Of a stretch of 46,862 nt of DNA, positions 30,515 to 40,912 are shown piece after piece. The DNA comes from a virus. Its lineage: Duplodnaviria > Heunggongvirae > Uroviricota > Caudoviricetes. The translations under genes were made by a program, and so were the position numbers. The stretch lies in IMG/VR virus record IMGVR_UViG_3300012007_000008, positions 128,001-174,862 of that record, one strand, 5' to 3'. Under the pieces are notes generated by a model. The model worked only from the letters and a program-made list of their open reading frames with translations. It searched no databases and was not told where the DNA came from. How positions within the stretch are numbered: the first letter of the stretch is position 1; every line of letters starts with the position of its first letter.

Positions 30515-30916
30515 GTGCAACCGCGTTACCAACACGCTTTAACCATGCTGTATTCAGAAAAAGTAACCCTGATGAATCTGCTTAAGGAGGGTGAATACGT
30601 CGCTCTCCGCTATCTGACTGCCCGCCTTGGCGTTTCCATGGCCGGCATCGTGGCCTGGGTTTCCGAAGTAGAAGAAGTTCCGAAAATCTACTTCGAGGAA
30701 CACGATGACCAGATCGACGCCGATCGTTGGTCTGACAAGACCGCGATTTTTACGGCGGATAACGAATACGCCGATCCGACACAGTTTAAGGACGGCGACA
30801 TTCTGATGCTCGCCGAAATGCCGTTTGATAAGGACGGCCACCACGCCACCGGCTATGCTATTTGGCAGAAAGCCGCCGCAGGAAACTATTGCTGGCAGAA
30901 TGAGTACGAGGACTGA
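30515..30916 (+). CDS. Acidic hypothetical protein (start uncertain)
   Basis: ORF on the coding strand; true start probably further downstream. Confidence 0.55.
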   Translation: MQPRYQHALTMLYSEKVTLMNLLKEGEYVALRYLTARLGVSMAGIVAWVSEVEEVPKIYFEEHDDQIDADRWSDKTAIFTADNEYADPTQFKDGDILMLAEMPFDKDGHHATGYAIWQKAAAGNYCWQNEYED

Positions 30917-31082
30917 GCCGATCCGGTAGAGGAGGTTTCGATGGATAGCAGTTGATATCTTTTTCTTATTCCGTCACTGGTCTGCAGTTTCCGTTTAGAA
31001 GATCGTCTCCGGGGAAGTGTGCAATCTCCCGCTGAGGCCGCTATTAAAACACAGGTAGAGCTTATCTGAGGAGGAAAAACAC

Positions 31083-31472
31083 ATGATAAAGAAAGCAATC
31101 ATTACAGCACTGGTAACTGTACTGGCAACCGCGACCGTTTCTGCTGGGAACGTAAACTACCGCGCAATGGTAGAACGCAAGGGAATCGGCAGAGTAAGGG
31201 AGTACTACTGTAACGAACTGACCGCCGACATTCTGGAGAACCGAGGTGATGACATCGTGATCGAGAAGATCATAGGTGTCTGTGAGAACCGCAAAGGAGA
31301 CGGGCGCATTCTGAATACTGCGGATCCTGATTACGACTATATCAGCTACCACAGCGTCAATGGAGTCAAGCCCGGAGATGTAGTACTAACCATCTGTATC
31401 TACCAGCCCGGCAATGGATACGTAGATGACGTGGCTGACCGGTTCGATTATGTGATCGACGAAGCCGAGTAA
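31083..31472 (+). CDS. Putative secreted protein (129 aa)
   Basis: GAGGAGG RBS; signal-peptide-like N-terminus MIKKAIITALVTVLATATVSA. Confidence 0.7.
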   Translation: MIKKAIITALVTVLATATVSAGNVNYRAMVERKGIGRVREYYCNELTADILENRGDDIVIEKIIGVCENRKGDGRILNTADPDYDYISYHSVNGVKPGDVVLTICIYQPGNGYVDDVADRFDYVIDEAE

Positions 31473-31677
31473 CCGAACAACGCAAAGAGGATATATAGAG
31501 AGGAATCCTCCTATTCAGGAGGGTTCCTCTTATTTATATATGAGCGGAGTTTTTTATATTAAGAAACTCGGACTGCATAGGTCCGCGCCGCAAGGGAAAT
31601 AAGGTTATATAGAGATCAATAAACCGCCGGAAATTTTCTGACGGTTATTTTTATTTAGAAAGGAAAGGGAAAAGAAA

Positions 31678-31941
31678 ATGGGAGGTTACTCGGTGTCTTA
31701 TAGGAACGCAAACGGAAAATTGGTCAGTCGCAACTTTGACATAGATTCCTGGTTTTTCAAGGGAATTTATTCCGCAAAGGAAATGGCAGAGGAGGTAAAG
31801 AAGATTCTTGAGGATCGCGGTTACGCAGAAGTAACTATCAGAAACAGGGAAGCGACCACGCCTTCCTATAACTCATACACTCCAGTAAGCCGCAAGGCAA
31901 GGGAAAACGCCGCTTGGAAAGAGAGGCTCGGGATCGCATGA
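31678..31941 (+). CDS. Hypothetical protein (87 aa)
   Basis: Purine-rich RBS; co-oriented. Confidence 0.65.
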   Translation: MGGYSVSYRNANGKLVSRNFDIDSWFFKGIYSAKEMAEEVKKILEDRGYAEVTIRNREATTPSYNSYTPVSRKARENAAWKERLGIA

Positions 31942-32099
31942 AAAAGGCAAGAGAAATCGGATTCATTCTGTCCGCAATAGTTCTGTTTCTTTCCGTTGCC
32001 TCAATGGAAACGGGTAACGTAATCATCTGCGTCATCATCGCAGCAATCTCGGCGCTTGTCGCTTGGATCTGCGTAGACAAGACAAACGCGCACTGGTAA
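31938..32099 (+). CDS. Small two-TM membrane protein (53 aa)
   Basis: ATGA overlap with the previous gene; two hydrophobic segments. Confidence 0.55.
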   Translation: MKKAREIGFILSAIVLFLSVASMETGNVIICVIIAAISALVAWICVDKTNAHW

Positions 32100-32281
32100 A
32101 GGAGGTGAAACCGTGGGTATCTTACTGGCCGCTATGATTATTCTGATTCCGCCTCAGCAGCATCCTGTAGTAACGGAAATCGAGGGAAACGTGATCACCC
32201 TCGAAGACGGAACAGAAACCGCAGACTGGTTTCTGATCGACGACAATGAACTCGTAATGTAAGCAAAAGGAGAGAAAACAA

Positions 32282-32872
32282 ATGGGAGACTACGCAAAAG
32301 AAATCGCTGAGATGTGGGTAGACGACACCTACAGAACCAAGGCAAACGATCTCTTCAATAACATCATGCTCCAGGCACTCTGGGCGACACGACATGAACA
32401 GGATGTCGCAAACGATGTCTCAGCATACCGCAAGGCAGCCGAGGAGGCCGATGATTACTTCGCGGATTTAATTGCTGATGATTACTTCGCGGATTTAATT
32501 GCTGATGATTACTTCGCGGATTTTAATAAGGAAGAGATTCCTTCAGCCGCCACTATCCCGATCCCGGAAGACAGGTTGAAGAGGTCCGCCCGCCGTAAGT
32601 CAGACATCCGGCACAAGGCAAAGAATGCCGAAACTCTCCGCCGGATTTACGATAAGACGAAGCCGGATCCGGAAGCGTCTCGTAAGGCAGATCACGCCGC
32701 CCTGGATTTCAAGTTCTTCGGCCGTGACATCGAAGATCTCGTCTCAAAAGGAAAACGCCTCTCCGAGATCGGCGGAGTTCCGAAGAGAAAGAACTACTCC
32801 AAGGGTACTCGCCGGGATCCTGAGGTGCCCATGCGCGGCTCCGGCTACAAGAAGTCGCAGAACTGGAAGTGA
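32282..32872 (+). CDS. Hypothetical protein with acidic repeat and basic C-terminus (196 aa)
   Basis: AAGGAG RBS; ADDYFADLI repeated about three times. Confidence 0.7.
   Translation: MGDYAKEIAEMWVDDTYRTKANDLFNNIMLQALWATRHEQDVANDVSAYRKAAEEADDYFADLIADDYFADLIADDYFADFNKEEIPSAATIPIPEDRLKRSARRKSDIRHKAKNAETLRRIYDKTKPDPEASRKADHAALDFKFFGRDIEDLVSKGKRLSEIGGVPKRKNYSKGTRRDPEVPMRGSGYKKSQNWK
32447..32523 (+). repeat. 27-bp in-frame tandem repeat, ~2.9 copies
   Basis: GCYGATGATTACTTCGCGGATTTAATT at 32447, 32474 and 32501. Confidence 0.95.
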
Positions 32873-32882
32873 GGCAAACACT

Positions 32883-33260
32883 ATGGCATTATTTTCAGGA
32901 ACAGCAGCCGAACCGTTCATCGTGTCAACCTATAGACCGATCGATGAGGAAGATTCAGAATCAAGGGAAATCACTGTATTCGGAGAGGGAAACGCTCGTA
33001 GAGTGTTTAGAAGAAAAGTCTCGTCTGAAGTATATATGTGTATACGCCTTGACCGAGCAAGATACAACGAACACAATGGAGCAATCGATTATAATGGAAA
33101 ACTCGAATACTGGGTAAGTCAGTCCGCCCCATGGTGGATGAATGGAGATAGTCGAAGCAATTCAGATATTCCTTGGTGGGTAGACAACGGAGAAGAAGAA
33201 GAATATGCGTTGTCAGATGAACGCTATTACGAGTTGTCCGGCGATCCATGGGATGTATAA
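32883..33260 (+). CDS. Hypothetical protein (125 aa)
   Basis: GAGG RBS before MALFSG; 3' part of track ORF 32625-33260. Confidence 0.6.
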   Translation: MALFSGTAAEPFIVSTYRPIDEEDSESREITVFGEGNARRVFRRKVSSEVYMCIRLDRARYNEHNGAIDYNGKLEYWVSQSAPWWMNGDSRSNSDIPWWVDNGEEEEYALSDERYYELSGDPWDV

Positions 33261-33336
33261 AGGAAACAATTAAATACAAGTTAACTCGCTCCTGAAATAA
33301 TTCAGGAGCTTTTTTATTACAAGGGGGAAAACAAAA

Positions 33337-33738
33337 ATGGCACAGGTAACTTTTACAACACTCGGCAACTCGGTAATCAGCAACGGACTTTTCTCCGTCC
33401 GGTATGTGGTGGACGACAAGGGAACTCCTCTGTTTGTCCTCAGAGATGTCATCACTGATCTCGGGTACAACAACATATCACAGGAGGGAGCCTACTGGTC
33501 AAAGCAGTTCGGCAGAGAAAAGCTTTACAGCACCAAGAGGGGTCAGGTTGTGAACTGCGTCACCAAGGAACAGGTGGATGAACTCCTTCGCCGTAACAGA
33601 AAGAATCGGTTTGCAGACGTCTATCGTCTTTTCTGGAAGGATGTCGTTTCCCGGGTCGAAACGGAAGCCGAGATCCGCCGCCTGAAGGCAAAGATCGTTT
33701 CACTTGAAGCCGCGCTGAGAGAAAGGGAGGTCGCCTGA
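33337..33738 (+). CDS. Bro-N domain protein (133 aa)
   Basis: FSVRYVVDDKGTPLFVLRDVITDLGYNN matches the Bro-N N-terminus. Confidence 0.7.
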   Translation: MAQVTFTTLGNSVISNGLFSVRYVVDDKGTPLFVLRDVITDLGYNNISQEGAYWSKQFGREKLYSTKRGQVVNCVTKEQVDELLRRNRKNRFADVYRLFWKDVVSRVETEAEIRRLKAKIVSLEAALREREVA

Positions 33739-34036
33739 GATGTTCGCACTGTTCTGTGTCGTCCTGATTTTCATGATCGTGGTTTATATCACGTACTGAC
33801 TCTGAAGTAAAGAGAAATAGTACCTGTTGAGAGCCTCCCTTAGTCCGCTAAGGAAGGTTCGACTGTAGGCATTATTGGGTTCTCAAAAAAGGAGGAAAGT
33901 ATGTTATTCATCACGAAAATCGAAACGGAGTTTGTCTACATGTACGGAGAGGAGTGCTTGGTAACAACGTACTACTACTCCGACGGAACCACAAGGGAAG
34001 TAGTCAAGAGATGTGCATGAGAAAGGAGGCTACTAC

Positions 34037-34276
34037 ATGCCTGATTTCACGGTCTATTGCTACAGGGATAAGAAAAATCCCGAGATTCGCGGAACGATCT
34101 TTCACACAGGGAAAAAGAATTTCGGCTGGAAAGTGATCGTGTCAAATGAAGTCGGCTCCGTGCTCTTCTCAGATTATTACAACTCACTTCTAGGAGCACA
34201 GAGTCAACTCGGGAAACATACTCCTAACGGAGTAAAGAGAACAAAGGTAATCAAGGAGGTGGAAGCAAATGCTTAA
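34037..34276 (+). CDS. Hypothetical protein (79 aa)
   Basis: AAGGAGG RBS before MPDFTVY. Confidence 0.65.
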   Translation: MPDFTVYCYRDKKNPEIRGTIFHTGKKNFGWKVIVSNEVGSVLFSDYYNSLLGAQSQLGKHTPNGVKRTKVIKEVEANA

Positions 34277-35933
34277 CGTACAGACAAAAGAATTAAGGCC
34301 GTTCGAAGTGCCGGATGCAACTATTGATCGTCTCGTTGGTGAAGCCTGTGATCTGTTCGACGAATACAGGCATCTCTACAAAAGGGAGGCCGTCCGGAAT
34401 CTGATCAAGACGGCGATCGAGAGAAAAACGCAGGAATTGATTCCTCTTCTCCAAAATGTAGAGGGCTGGGATCCGGAGAATCTTCACGTACACCTTTTTG
34501 AGGAACTCGATCTTCAGAAAGACAAGGGTTTCGTCCGTACTTTCTTCAACAATATGAGAAGAGCATGGGGGAATAAAAAGAGAATATTAGTAGAGGCTGA
34601 GAAAGATGGGCACACCTATGGAGAGTGGAGAGCCCGGAAGGACAACCTCTATTCGATATACAACTGGTTCTGCGATCACGTTAATTTGTCTGGATCGAAC
34701 ACGTTTACTTCAATAGTAAACGAAAACAATTATGCGGAAACAAGGTTCGGCGGTCTTACCTACGACGAGATCGTAGCTGAATTAAGGAAAAGCGTTGAAA
34801 TTTTGGACGGTATGCCTGGTGGATATACGGCGGAATCAATGAGCCGATGGGAAAACTTTGAAGACTTCTGTAATCACTTCATGTACGAAATGGAAGAGAA
34901 AATTTCAGACTCTACCGCCAGATACGTCAACGACTTATTTCCTGATATCAGAGCGAGAGAAGGTCAGCCGACAACTCGTATTGTGCGGAAGTTTTTCGAT
35001 CATTACCCGGAAGCAAAAGAAATGACAGAGATTGTCTCTATGCCGGACAGAGACGAGAACGGGACAATCATAAGGAATGAGTCCGGGCAGATTGCCGGGT
35101 ATCACAATGAAGAAGTGAAGACATTCAACAAAAGAATGGTCGAGTACTGTGAGTGCATAAAGCCTATCAAGGCAAAGCGCCACTTCATCGTGTCCGTCAA
35201 TCCGATTGACTTTCTCACGATGTCATTTGGAAATTCCTGGGCATCGTGCCACACGATTGACAAACATAATCTGCGAAAGCGCGGAGAGCACTACAACGGA
35301 ATGTATTGTGGCGGAACGCTTTCATACATGCTCGATGAAACAACAGCGATTTGTTACACGGTAGACAAAGACTACGCCGGTGACAAATTCGAGCTCCAGG
35401 ATAAGATCGACCGGAATCTTATTCATTACCACGACGGGGTATTTATCCAGGGACGTCTGTATCCTCAGTCAAACGACGGCAGCTCCGGAAACACGCTGTA
35501 CAAGCAGTTCCGCAGCATCGAAGAGAGGGTGATAGCCGAAGGGCTTGGTGCTCCTAATATCTGGAAATACAACAAAGGGACAGAATCGAACAAAAAATAC
35601 AGAACGACCACGCTGCACTCTGTGCATTACAAAGATTATGACAATTACGACACGACTGGCGTATGCAGGATAAATGTGGCAGACGGCGTAGTCAGAGGAG
35701 ACGCCGCGGATCCAAATGGTGGTTACGAAAAAATGAAGATCGGTGCGGTAGGAATAGATATATGTACGGGGAGTCCCGTGTCTATAGGCGGAGCACTCAC
35801 CGCAGTGTTCGAGAGATATGGACGTTATTGCGTCTATGACTACCATGGATGCATCATCTACTTAGACCACGCAGTTTATAACGATGAATATAACGGTTAT
35901 GAAGGTAAACGCTCCATAGTGAGAGCCGCTTAA
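34269..35933 (+). CDS. Large unknown protein, paralog 1 (554 aa)
   Basis: SVNPIDFLTMSFGNSWASCH, YCGGTLSYMLD and QGRLYPQ motifs shared with 37206 and 39077. Confidence 0.8.
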   Translation: MLNVQTKELRPFEVPDATIDRLVGEACDLFDEYRHLYKREAVRNLIKTAIERKTQELIPLLQNVEGWDPENLHVHLFEELDLQKDKGFVRTFFNNMRRAWGNKKRILVEAEKDGHTYGEWRARKDNLYSIYNWFCDHVNLSGSNTFTSIVNENNYAETRFGGLTYDEIVAELRKSVEILDGMPGGYTAESMSRWENFEDFCNHFMYEMEEKISDSTARYVNDLFPDIRAREGQPTTRIVRKFFDHYPEAKEMTEIVSMPDRDENGTIIRNESGQIAGYHNEEVKTFNKRMVEYCECIKPIKAKRHFIVSVNPIDFLTMSFGNSWASCHTIDKHNLRKRGEHYNGMYCGGTLSYMLDETTAICYTVDKDYAGDKFELQDKIDRNLIHYHDGVFIQGRLYPQSNDGSSGNTLYKQFRSIEERVIAEGLGAPNIWKYNKGTESNKKYRTTTLHSVHYKDYDNYDTTGVCRINVADGVVRGDAADPNGGYEKMKIGAVGIDICTGSPVSIGGALTAVFERYGRYCVYDYHGCIIYLDHAVYNDEYNGYEGKRSIVRAA

Positions 35934-35948
35934 GAAAGGAAGTGAATT

Positions 35949-37106
35949 ATGAAACAGTATTATTGTGACAACTGCGGAGATCCGTTTGATATCTCCGAAA
36001 TGCAGGATCTCTGCGGAGGTATGTATTGCCCCACTTGCTATAGCAATATTATGGACTACTTCCGTGGTGAAACCGGAGAAACGGAAAAGAAAGACACTAA
36101 AATAGTAGAGATTCGGCCGGCCGTTACCAATACCGGGATTCCCGGAAACAAGAAATTCCAGAAAATCCTTAGGAAAACGCAGCCGGAATTGAAGGCGTAC
36201 GTCCAGAAGGAACTCGTCAACACCGGCTATGATTACGTAGTCGAGGGAGACGGATTTGTGTACGCAAGAGGGACACTGCCTGTTCTTCTGGTGGCCCACA
36301 TGGACACTGTACATAAGAGTATCCCGTCCGTTATCCATACCGAGAACGGAATTGTGAGCAGTCCTCAGGGAATCGGAGGTGATGATCGCTGCGGAGTTTA
36401 CTCGATCCTGCAGATCATCAAGGAACGCAAATGCCATGTGTTATTTGCGGAAGATGAAGAGGTCGGCTGCATTGGGACGCAGAAGTTTATCAAAACTACG
36501 CTGTGCCCCGAAGTAGCGGAAGAGATCAACTATATGGTTGAGATTGACAGGCGCGGCAGCACCGATCTTGTCTATTACGACAATGACAACAAAGAATTCC
36601 ACGATTTCTGTGCCAACGCAACAGGATATAAGAAAGCCTGGGGTTCTTGCTCCGATATCTCGTTCCTTATGGATGCGATGAATAGATCGGGGGTGAATAT
36701 TTCTTCCGGCTATTATAACGAGCATACTTTAAAGGAAACGATCAACCTCGGTGAAATGGAAACCACCATAGAGGCCGTCAAAAAATTGATTGATGCCCCG
36801 TGCGAGAAGCCGTTTGAATATGTGGAAAAGCAGTATTGGCATGGGGACTTAGGCGCTTTATCAGACTGGTATTACCGGGATGATCCTTATGACGGAGGGA
36901 AAGACAAGAGAACGTACGCAGATTACATCGACCCAGATTCGGATCTGCGAATGTTTATGATCGTCTATATTGATTGGACGACCGGAATAGAGCATGAAGA
37001 GTATGTCTACGGAATCACAAAGGATGCAGCGATTGGGAGGTTCATGAGGGCACATCCCGATCTCTGTTATTCGGAAATAGAAGAGGTCGAAGTAGTGACT
37101 TTATAA
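35949..37106 (+). CDS. M20/M28-like zinc peptidase with N-terminal Zn ribbon, paralog 1 (385 aa)
   Basis: AHMDTVH, GGDDRCG, DEEVG, EIDRRG and NEHT metal-ligand motifs; CDNC...CPTC. Confidence 0.8.
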   Translation: MKQYYCDNCGDPFDISEMQDLCGGMYCPTCYSNIMDYFRGETGETEKKDTKIVEIRPAVTNTGIPGNKKFQKILRKTQPELKAYVQKELVNTGYDYVVEGDGFVYARGTLPVLLVAHMDTVHKSIPSVIHTENGIVSSPQGIGGDDRCGVYSILQIIKERKCHVLFAEDEEVGCIGTQKFIKTTLCPEVAEEINYMVEIDRRGSTDLVYYDNDNKEFHDFCANATGYKKAWGSCSDISFLMDAMNRSGVNISSGYYNEHTLKETINLGEMETTIEAVKKLIDAPCEKPFEYVEKQYWHGDLGALSDWYYRDDPYDGGKDKRTYADYIDPDSDLRMFMIVYIDWTTGIEHEEYVYGITKDAAIGRFMRAHPDLCYSEIEEVEVVTL

Positions 37107-37205
37107 AGGCGGGATAGAGCCGCTCAACTGAAAAGTTGGGCGGTTTTCTTATGCCAAGAAATAAGAACAAGTATTAGGCACTCATACAAGAAAGGATGTG
37201 GAATT

Positions 37206-39080
37206 ATGAAGCTGAATGTGCAGACAAAGGAAACAAGAAAATTTGAACTGACCGATGAGGCAAAGCAGAAACTGACGTACGAGATGGTAAGTGTTTTGAA
37301 CAAATACGACTGGGAGCCAACCTACGAAGCTTGTGCCGCCATTGTCGATAAGTGGGCGGAGGATAAAGCACCGCTGATCGAGGTGCTCCAGAATCACCCG
37401 AATTGGGTGGCGGACAAATTCCAGGTGGTATTCAACAAGACCTTTAATCGGGTAACCGATGAAGACGCAGTTAATCATTATCTTTCCTGGCTTTACGACT
37501 TTTTCAGGGAGAATTGCCTGACAAAGAGAACCATCGATGGACATGATAAGGACTTCTGGCTCAATAGGTATTATAAAACACGATCTAGATCTGACTGGGA
37601 TAAGTGTATGAGCCTCTCAGACCATCCTTACGAAGAAGAATCCACAAGGAAGCTTATAGAGTTCAATCGGATGATCCAGTGGTTTAGGGACAATAAGACG
37701 GCCAAGGTTGATGAAGAAGGAGCCAGTCTTATGAATGAGCTTTACCCGGATGTAATCAGGGCGAAGGAAGGAATGAAGACGTCTCGTTTGATGCACAAGA
37801 TCTGCACAGGAGTTTATAAACTCGGTGAGATCTGGGACGAGAGAACGAGATACCGTAGCGTCGACGGGAAACTTGAATCATACAAAGAGAAATACCGTCC
37901 TTTTAACTCAATGTTCTGCAAGTATGCGGACGCGATCAACCCGATCGAGTACCAGATGCATACGATCATTTCTGTAAATCCGATCGATTACTTAACGATG
38001 TCAATCGGAAACTCCTGGACGAGCTGCCACGGAATTGATCTGGATCATGAGGGAGATGGATACAACGCATGCTATTGCGGTGGGACGCTATCGTATATGC
38101 TCGATTCTGTTTCGGCGGTCACCTATACGGTGAAGAACACCTATACAGGGCGCGATTTCGAACTGGAAGAGAAAGTGAATCGGCAGATGATTCACTACAA
38201 AGACGGCATCATGATCCAGGGCAGACTCTATCCTCAGAACTGTGACTATGGTTGTAACGATCAGTACAAAGTCTGGAGAGAAATCGAGGAGGCCACATTC
38301 GCAGAAGCTCTTGGTATGCCGAATCTTTGGAAATATAAGAAGACAAATAGCGTCGGTGAGTACGTGACTTCTAAAGGTGTTCATTACAGAGATTACACGA
38401 GTTACGACACTTGCGGGACCTGCAGGATCAGTGTAGATGACGGTGTTTTCCGTGGTGACTGGGAAGATCCGAACGGAGAATACGACATTATGACAATCGG
38501 TCACGCTGGGCTGGATATTTATTTCGCCGGGGAGCAGATCCTCGAAGAGAACACTCTTACAAAGAGAGGTCGTCCGGATGAAGATTTCGTATTTTGCTCA
38601 CATTGCGGCGACCGCATCTCGCGTGACGACGCCATTGAGTACGAAGGGGAATACTACTGCTGTGACTGCATCGGTTTCTGTAACTATTTTAGAAGATATA
38701 TTCCGTACCATATGACTGAATTCACTTACGTTAGGGGAATGGGGGACGTATGTGAAGATGCACTTACTGAACTTATGAAAAGGGGAGAAGTTAAGTGTGA
38801 TGACTATACAGGGTATTATTACCTGGTGTCAATATATCCGGGCGGTTATGACGAAGATGGGAATTGGCATTCCAATAATACACTTCGCACGTATTTTGTA
38901 ATCCCTGAAGGGGGAGATAAATATATCCGGAAAGGTAATGCTGTTGAGTACGAAGGAAAGTGGTACAGGCTCGAAGACTGTATCACTTGTTCGGAATGCG
39001 GACAGATATTTCCGAAAGTTTTCGACAATGAAAGGCATATATGCCTTGACTGTTTGCATGAAAGGAGGATGTCGGCGTGA
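37206..39080 (+). CDS. Large unknown protein, paralog 2, with C-terminal CxxC repeats (624 aa)
   Basis: SVNPIDYLTMSIGNSWTSCH, YCGGTLSYMLD and QGRLYPQ motifs. Confidence 0.8.
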   Translation: MKLNVQTKETRKFELTDEAKQKLTYEMVSVLNKYDWEPTYEACAAIVDKWAEDKAPLIEVLQNHPNWVADKFQVVFNKTFNRVTDEDAVNHYLSWLYDFFRENCLTKRTIDGHDKDFWLNRYYKTRSRSDWDKCMSLSDHPYEEESTRKLIEFNRMIQWFRDNKTAKVDEEGASLMNELYPDVIRAKEGMKTSRLMHKICTGVYKLGEIWDERTRYRSVDGKLESYKEKYRPFNSMFCKYADAINPIEYQMHTIISVNPIDYLTMSIGNSWTSCHGIDLDHEGDGYNACYCGGTLSYMLDSVSAVTYTVKNTYTGRDFELEEKVNRQMIHYKDGIMIQGRLYPQNCDYGCNDQYKVWREIEEATFAEALGMPNLWKYKKTNSVGEYVTSKGVHYRDYTSYDTCGTCRISVDDGVFRGDWEDPNGEYDIMTIGHAGLDIYFAGEQILEENTLTKRGRPDEDFVFCSHCGDRISRDDAIEYEGEYYCCDCIGFCNYFRRYIPYHMTEFTYVRGMGDVCEDALTELMKRGEVKCDDYTGYYYLVSIYPGGYDEDGNWHSNNTLRTYFVIPEGGDKYIRKGNAVEYEGKWYRLEDCITCSECGQIFPKVFDNERHICLDCLHERRMSA

Positions 39081-40912
39081 ATTGGGAACTTGATCCAAAA
39101 ATTAAAGAGTGTTTGATTCAAGAGGCCTATGATCTACTTAGAGAGTATGGTCATATGGCCGAGAAAAAGGGAATCGAAAAGGCGATTGATGAGTGGGCGG
39201 CCAATAAAAAGCCGTTCATTCAGCTTTTACAGAATCATCCGAACTGGGATCCGGAGAAGTTTCAGATCAGGTTCGATACGGATTATTCTCTCCAGAAGGA
39301 CCAGAACATAATTCGCTATTTTTTCGACATGTGGCAGGAAAAATATAATTATCTAGAAAACATTCTGGTCGAAGATGAATATGACGGACACAAATATTCG
39401 GAATGGGATAACAGGTATCGATCTTTGTGCGCAATCGTGGATTCAATGGAGCGTGCAACAAGGCATTCTGCCGGAACAACGGAATTTGAAAATCCGTTTT
39501 GTAAGGAAACATCTGTGTATATAAACGGCAAAAGCCTGCAAGATCTCGTCTCCGAGAGGAATAGGGCTTATGCTTATCTCGCGGCGAACGATAGGTATAC
39601 AAAGGAATCTATATCTCTCTATCAGGGGTATGACAAGGTTGTCAACCGATTTAGAGATTATAAGTCGGACGTAGTATCGGAAGATCTCGCTAACTACGTG
39701 AACGCCATTTTTCCTAAGCTTAGAGCGAAGGAAGGAATGAAGATGTCGCGTCTAGTCAACAAATTCTTTACGAAGATTTTCCATGTTGACAAGATCGAAG
39801 ATAAGAAGAGGACGGTCAGAATGAGAGGCGGAAGGGTTATAGAAGAAGTGGAAACATACCGCCCGTATAACGCTGAGTTCGCCAAGTACGCCGATGCGAT
39901 CAACCCGATCAAGGTAAAACGGCATACGATTATTTCCGTAAATCCGATTGACTACCTCACTATGGCGTTTGGGAATTCCTGGTCATCATGCATGACGATC
40001 GACAGAAAAAATAAGAGAGATCGCGGAGATGAGGTATTCCGTGGTTTATCTTGTGGAGGAACATTGTCCTATATGATGGACGGTGTAACGGCGGTCGTTT
40101 ATACGGTAGATTCGAAATATGACGGAAATTGTTTCGAACTTGAAGACAAGATCAACAGAAATCTTATTCACTATAAAGACGGAATTATGATCCAGGGTCG
40201 GCTTTATCCTCAATCAAATGATAACGGAGCAAACGATCTTTATGAACAGTTCCGTAATATTGAAGAAAAAGTAATAGCCGACTGCCTGGGAGTCCCCAAC
40301 CTTTGGAAATACGAAAGAGGCACAGAAACGAATTCCAGATACTGCAGAAACGCAAATGTGTCTGTTCATTTCGCCGATTACTTCAGATTTGAACAGACGG
40401 GGACGTGTAGACTAAAGATGAGCGATCATTATGCTGGTGACAAAAACAGAGAGAAGATTGAGATAGGGCACTCGGGAATTGACCTCAGAACTGGAGAAGA
40501 ATACACAAATTCGGAATCTCTTCTCGATGAAAGGTACATTGTAGATGAAGAAGGATACGTAATCTGTGCGGATTGCGGAAGAAGAATACATGTCGATGAG
40601 GCACGGGAAATCGACGGACTGTATTACTGTGATGAATGCAGTGCATACTGTGAATACCATGGGAGGTATGAGCCGTTCTCACGCGGATTATTAATCGCTG
40701 TGTCAGGATACGGAAATGTTTGTCCTGAAGGAAAAGATTATATGGTCGCTGAAGGGATTTTGAACTATTGCGACAGTCATGATGGTTGGGTGTACGGAGA
40801 AAATCAGGGACATAAATACAATGACGAATGGTGCTGCAATAGATGTGCCGAGAGGGCACATTTGATATACGATCGAAGGCAAAATGTATGGAGAAAGAGA
40901 GGGGCCGCCTGA
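39077..40912 (+). CDS. Large unknown protein, paralog 3, with C-terminal CxxC repeats (611 aa)
   Basis: SVNPIDYLTMAFGNSWSSCM, SCGGTLSYMMD and QGRLYPQ motifs; GTGA overlap with paralog 2. Confidence 0.8.
   Translation: MNWELDPKIKECLIQEAYDLLREYGHMAEKKGIEKAIDEWAANKKPFIQLLQNHPNWDPEKFQIRFDTDYSLQKDQNIIRYFFDMWQEKYNYLENILVEDEYDGHKYSEWDNRYRSLCAIVDSMERATRHSAGTTEFENPFCKETSVYINGKSLQDLVSERNRAYAYLAANDRYTKESISLYQGYDKVVNRFRDYKSDVVSEDLANYVNAIFPKLRAKEGMKMSRLVNKFFTKIFHVDKIEDKKRTVRMRGGRVIEEVETYRPYNAEFAKYADAINPIKVKRHTIISVNPIDYLTMAFGNSWSSCMTIDRKNKRDRGDEVFRGLSCGGTLSYMMDGVTAVVYTVDSKYDGNCFELEDKINRNLIHYKDGIMIQGRLYPQSNDNGANDLYEQFRNIEEKVIADCLGVPNLWKYERGTETNSRYCRNANVSVHFADYFRFEQTGTCRLKMSDHYAGDKNREKIEIGHSGIDLRTGEEYTNSESLLDERYIVDEEGYVICADCGRRIHVDEAREIDGLYYCDECSAYCEYHGRYEPFSRGLLIAVSGYGNVCPEGKDYMVAEGILNYCDSHDGWVYGENQGHKYNDEWCCNRCAERAHLIYDRRQNVWRKRGAA

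Noticed and set aside
32447-32523. CRISPR array
   Set aside because: Contiguous repeats with no spacers, in frame within a gene
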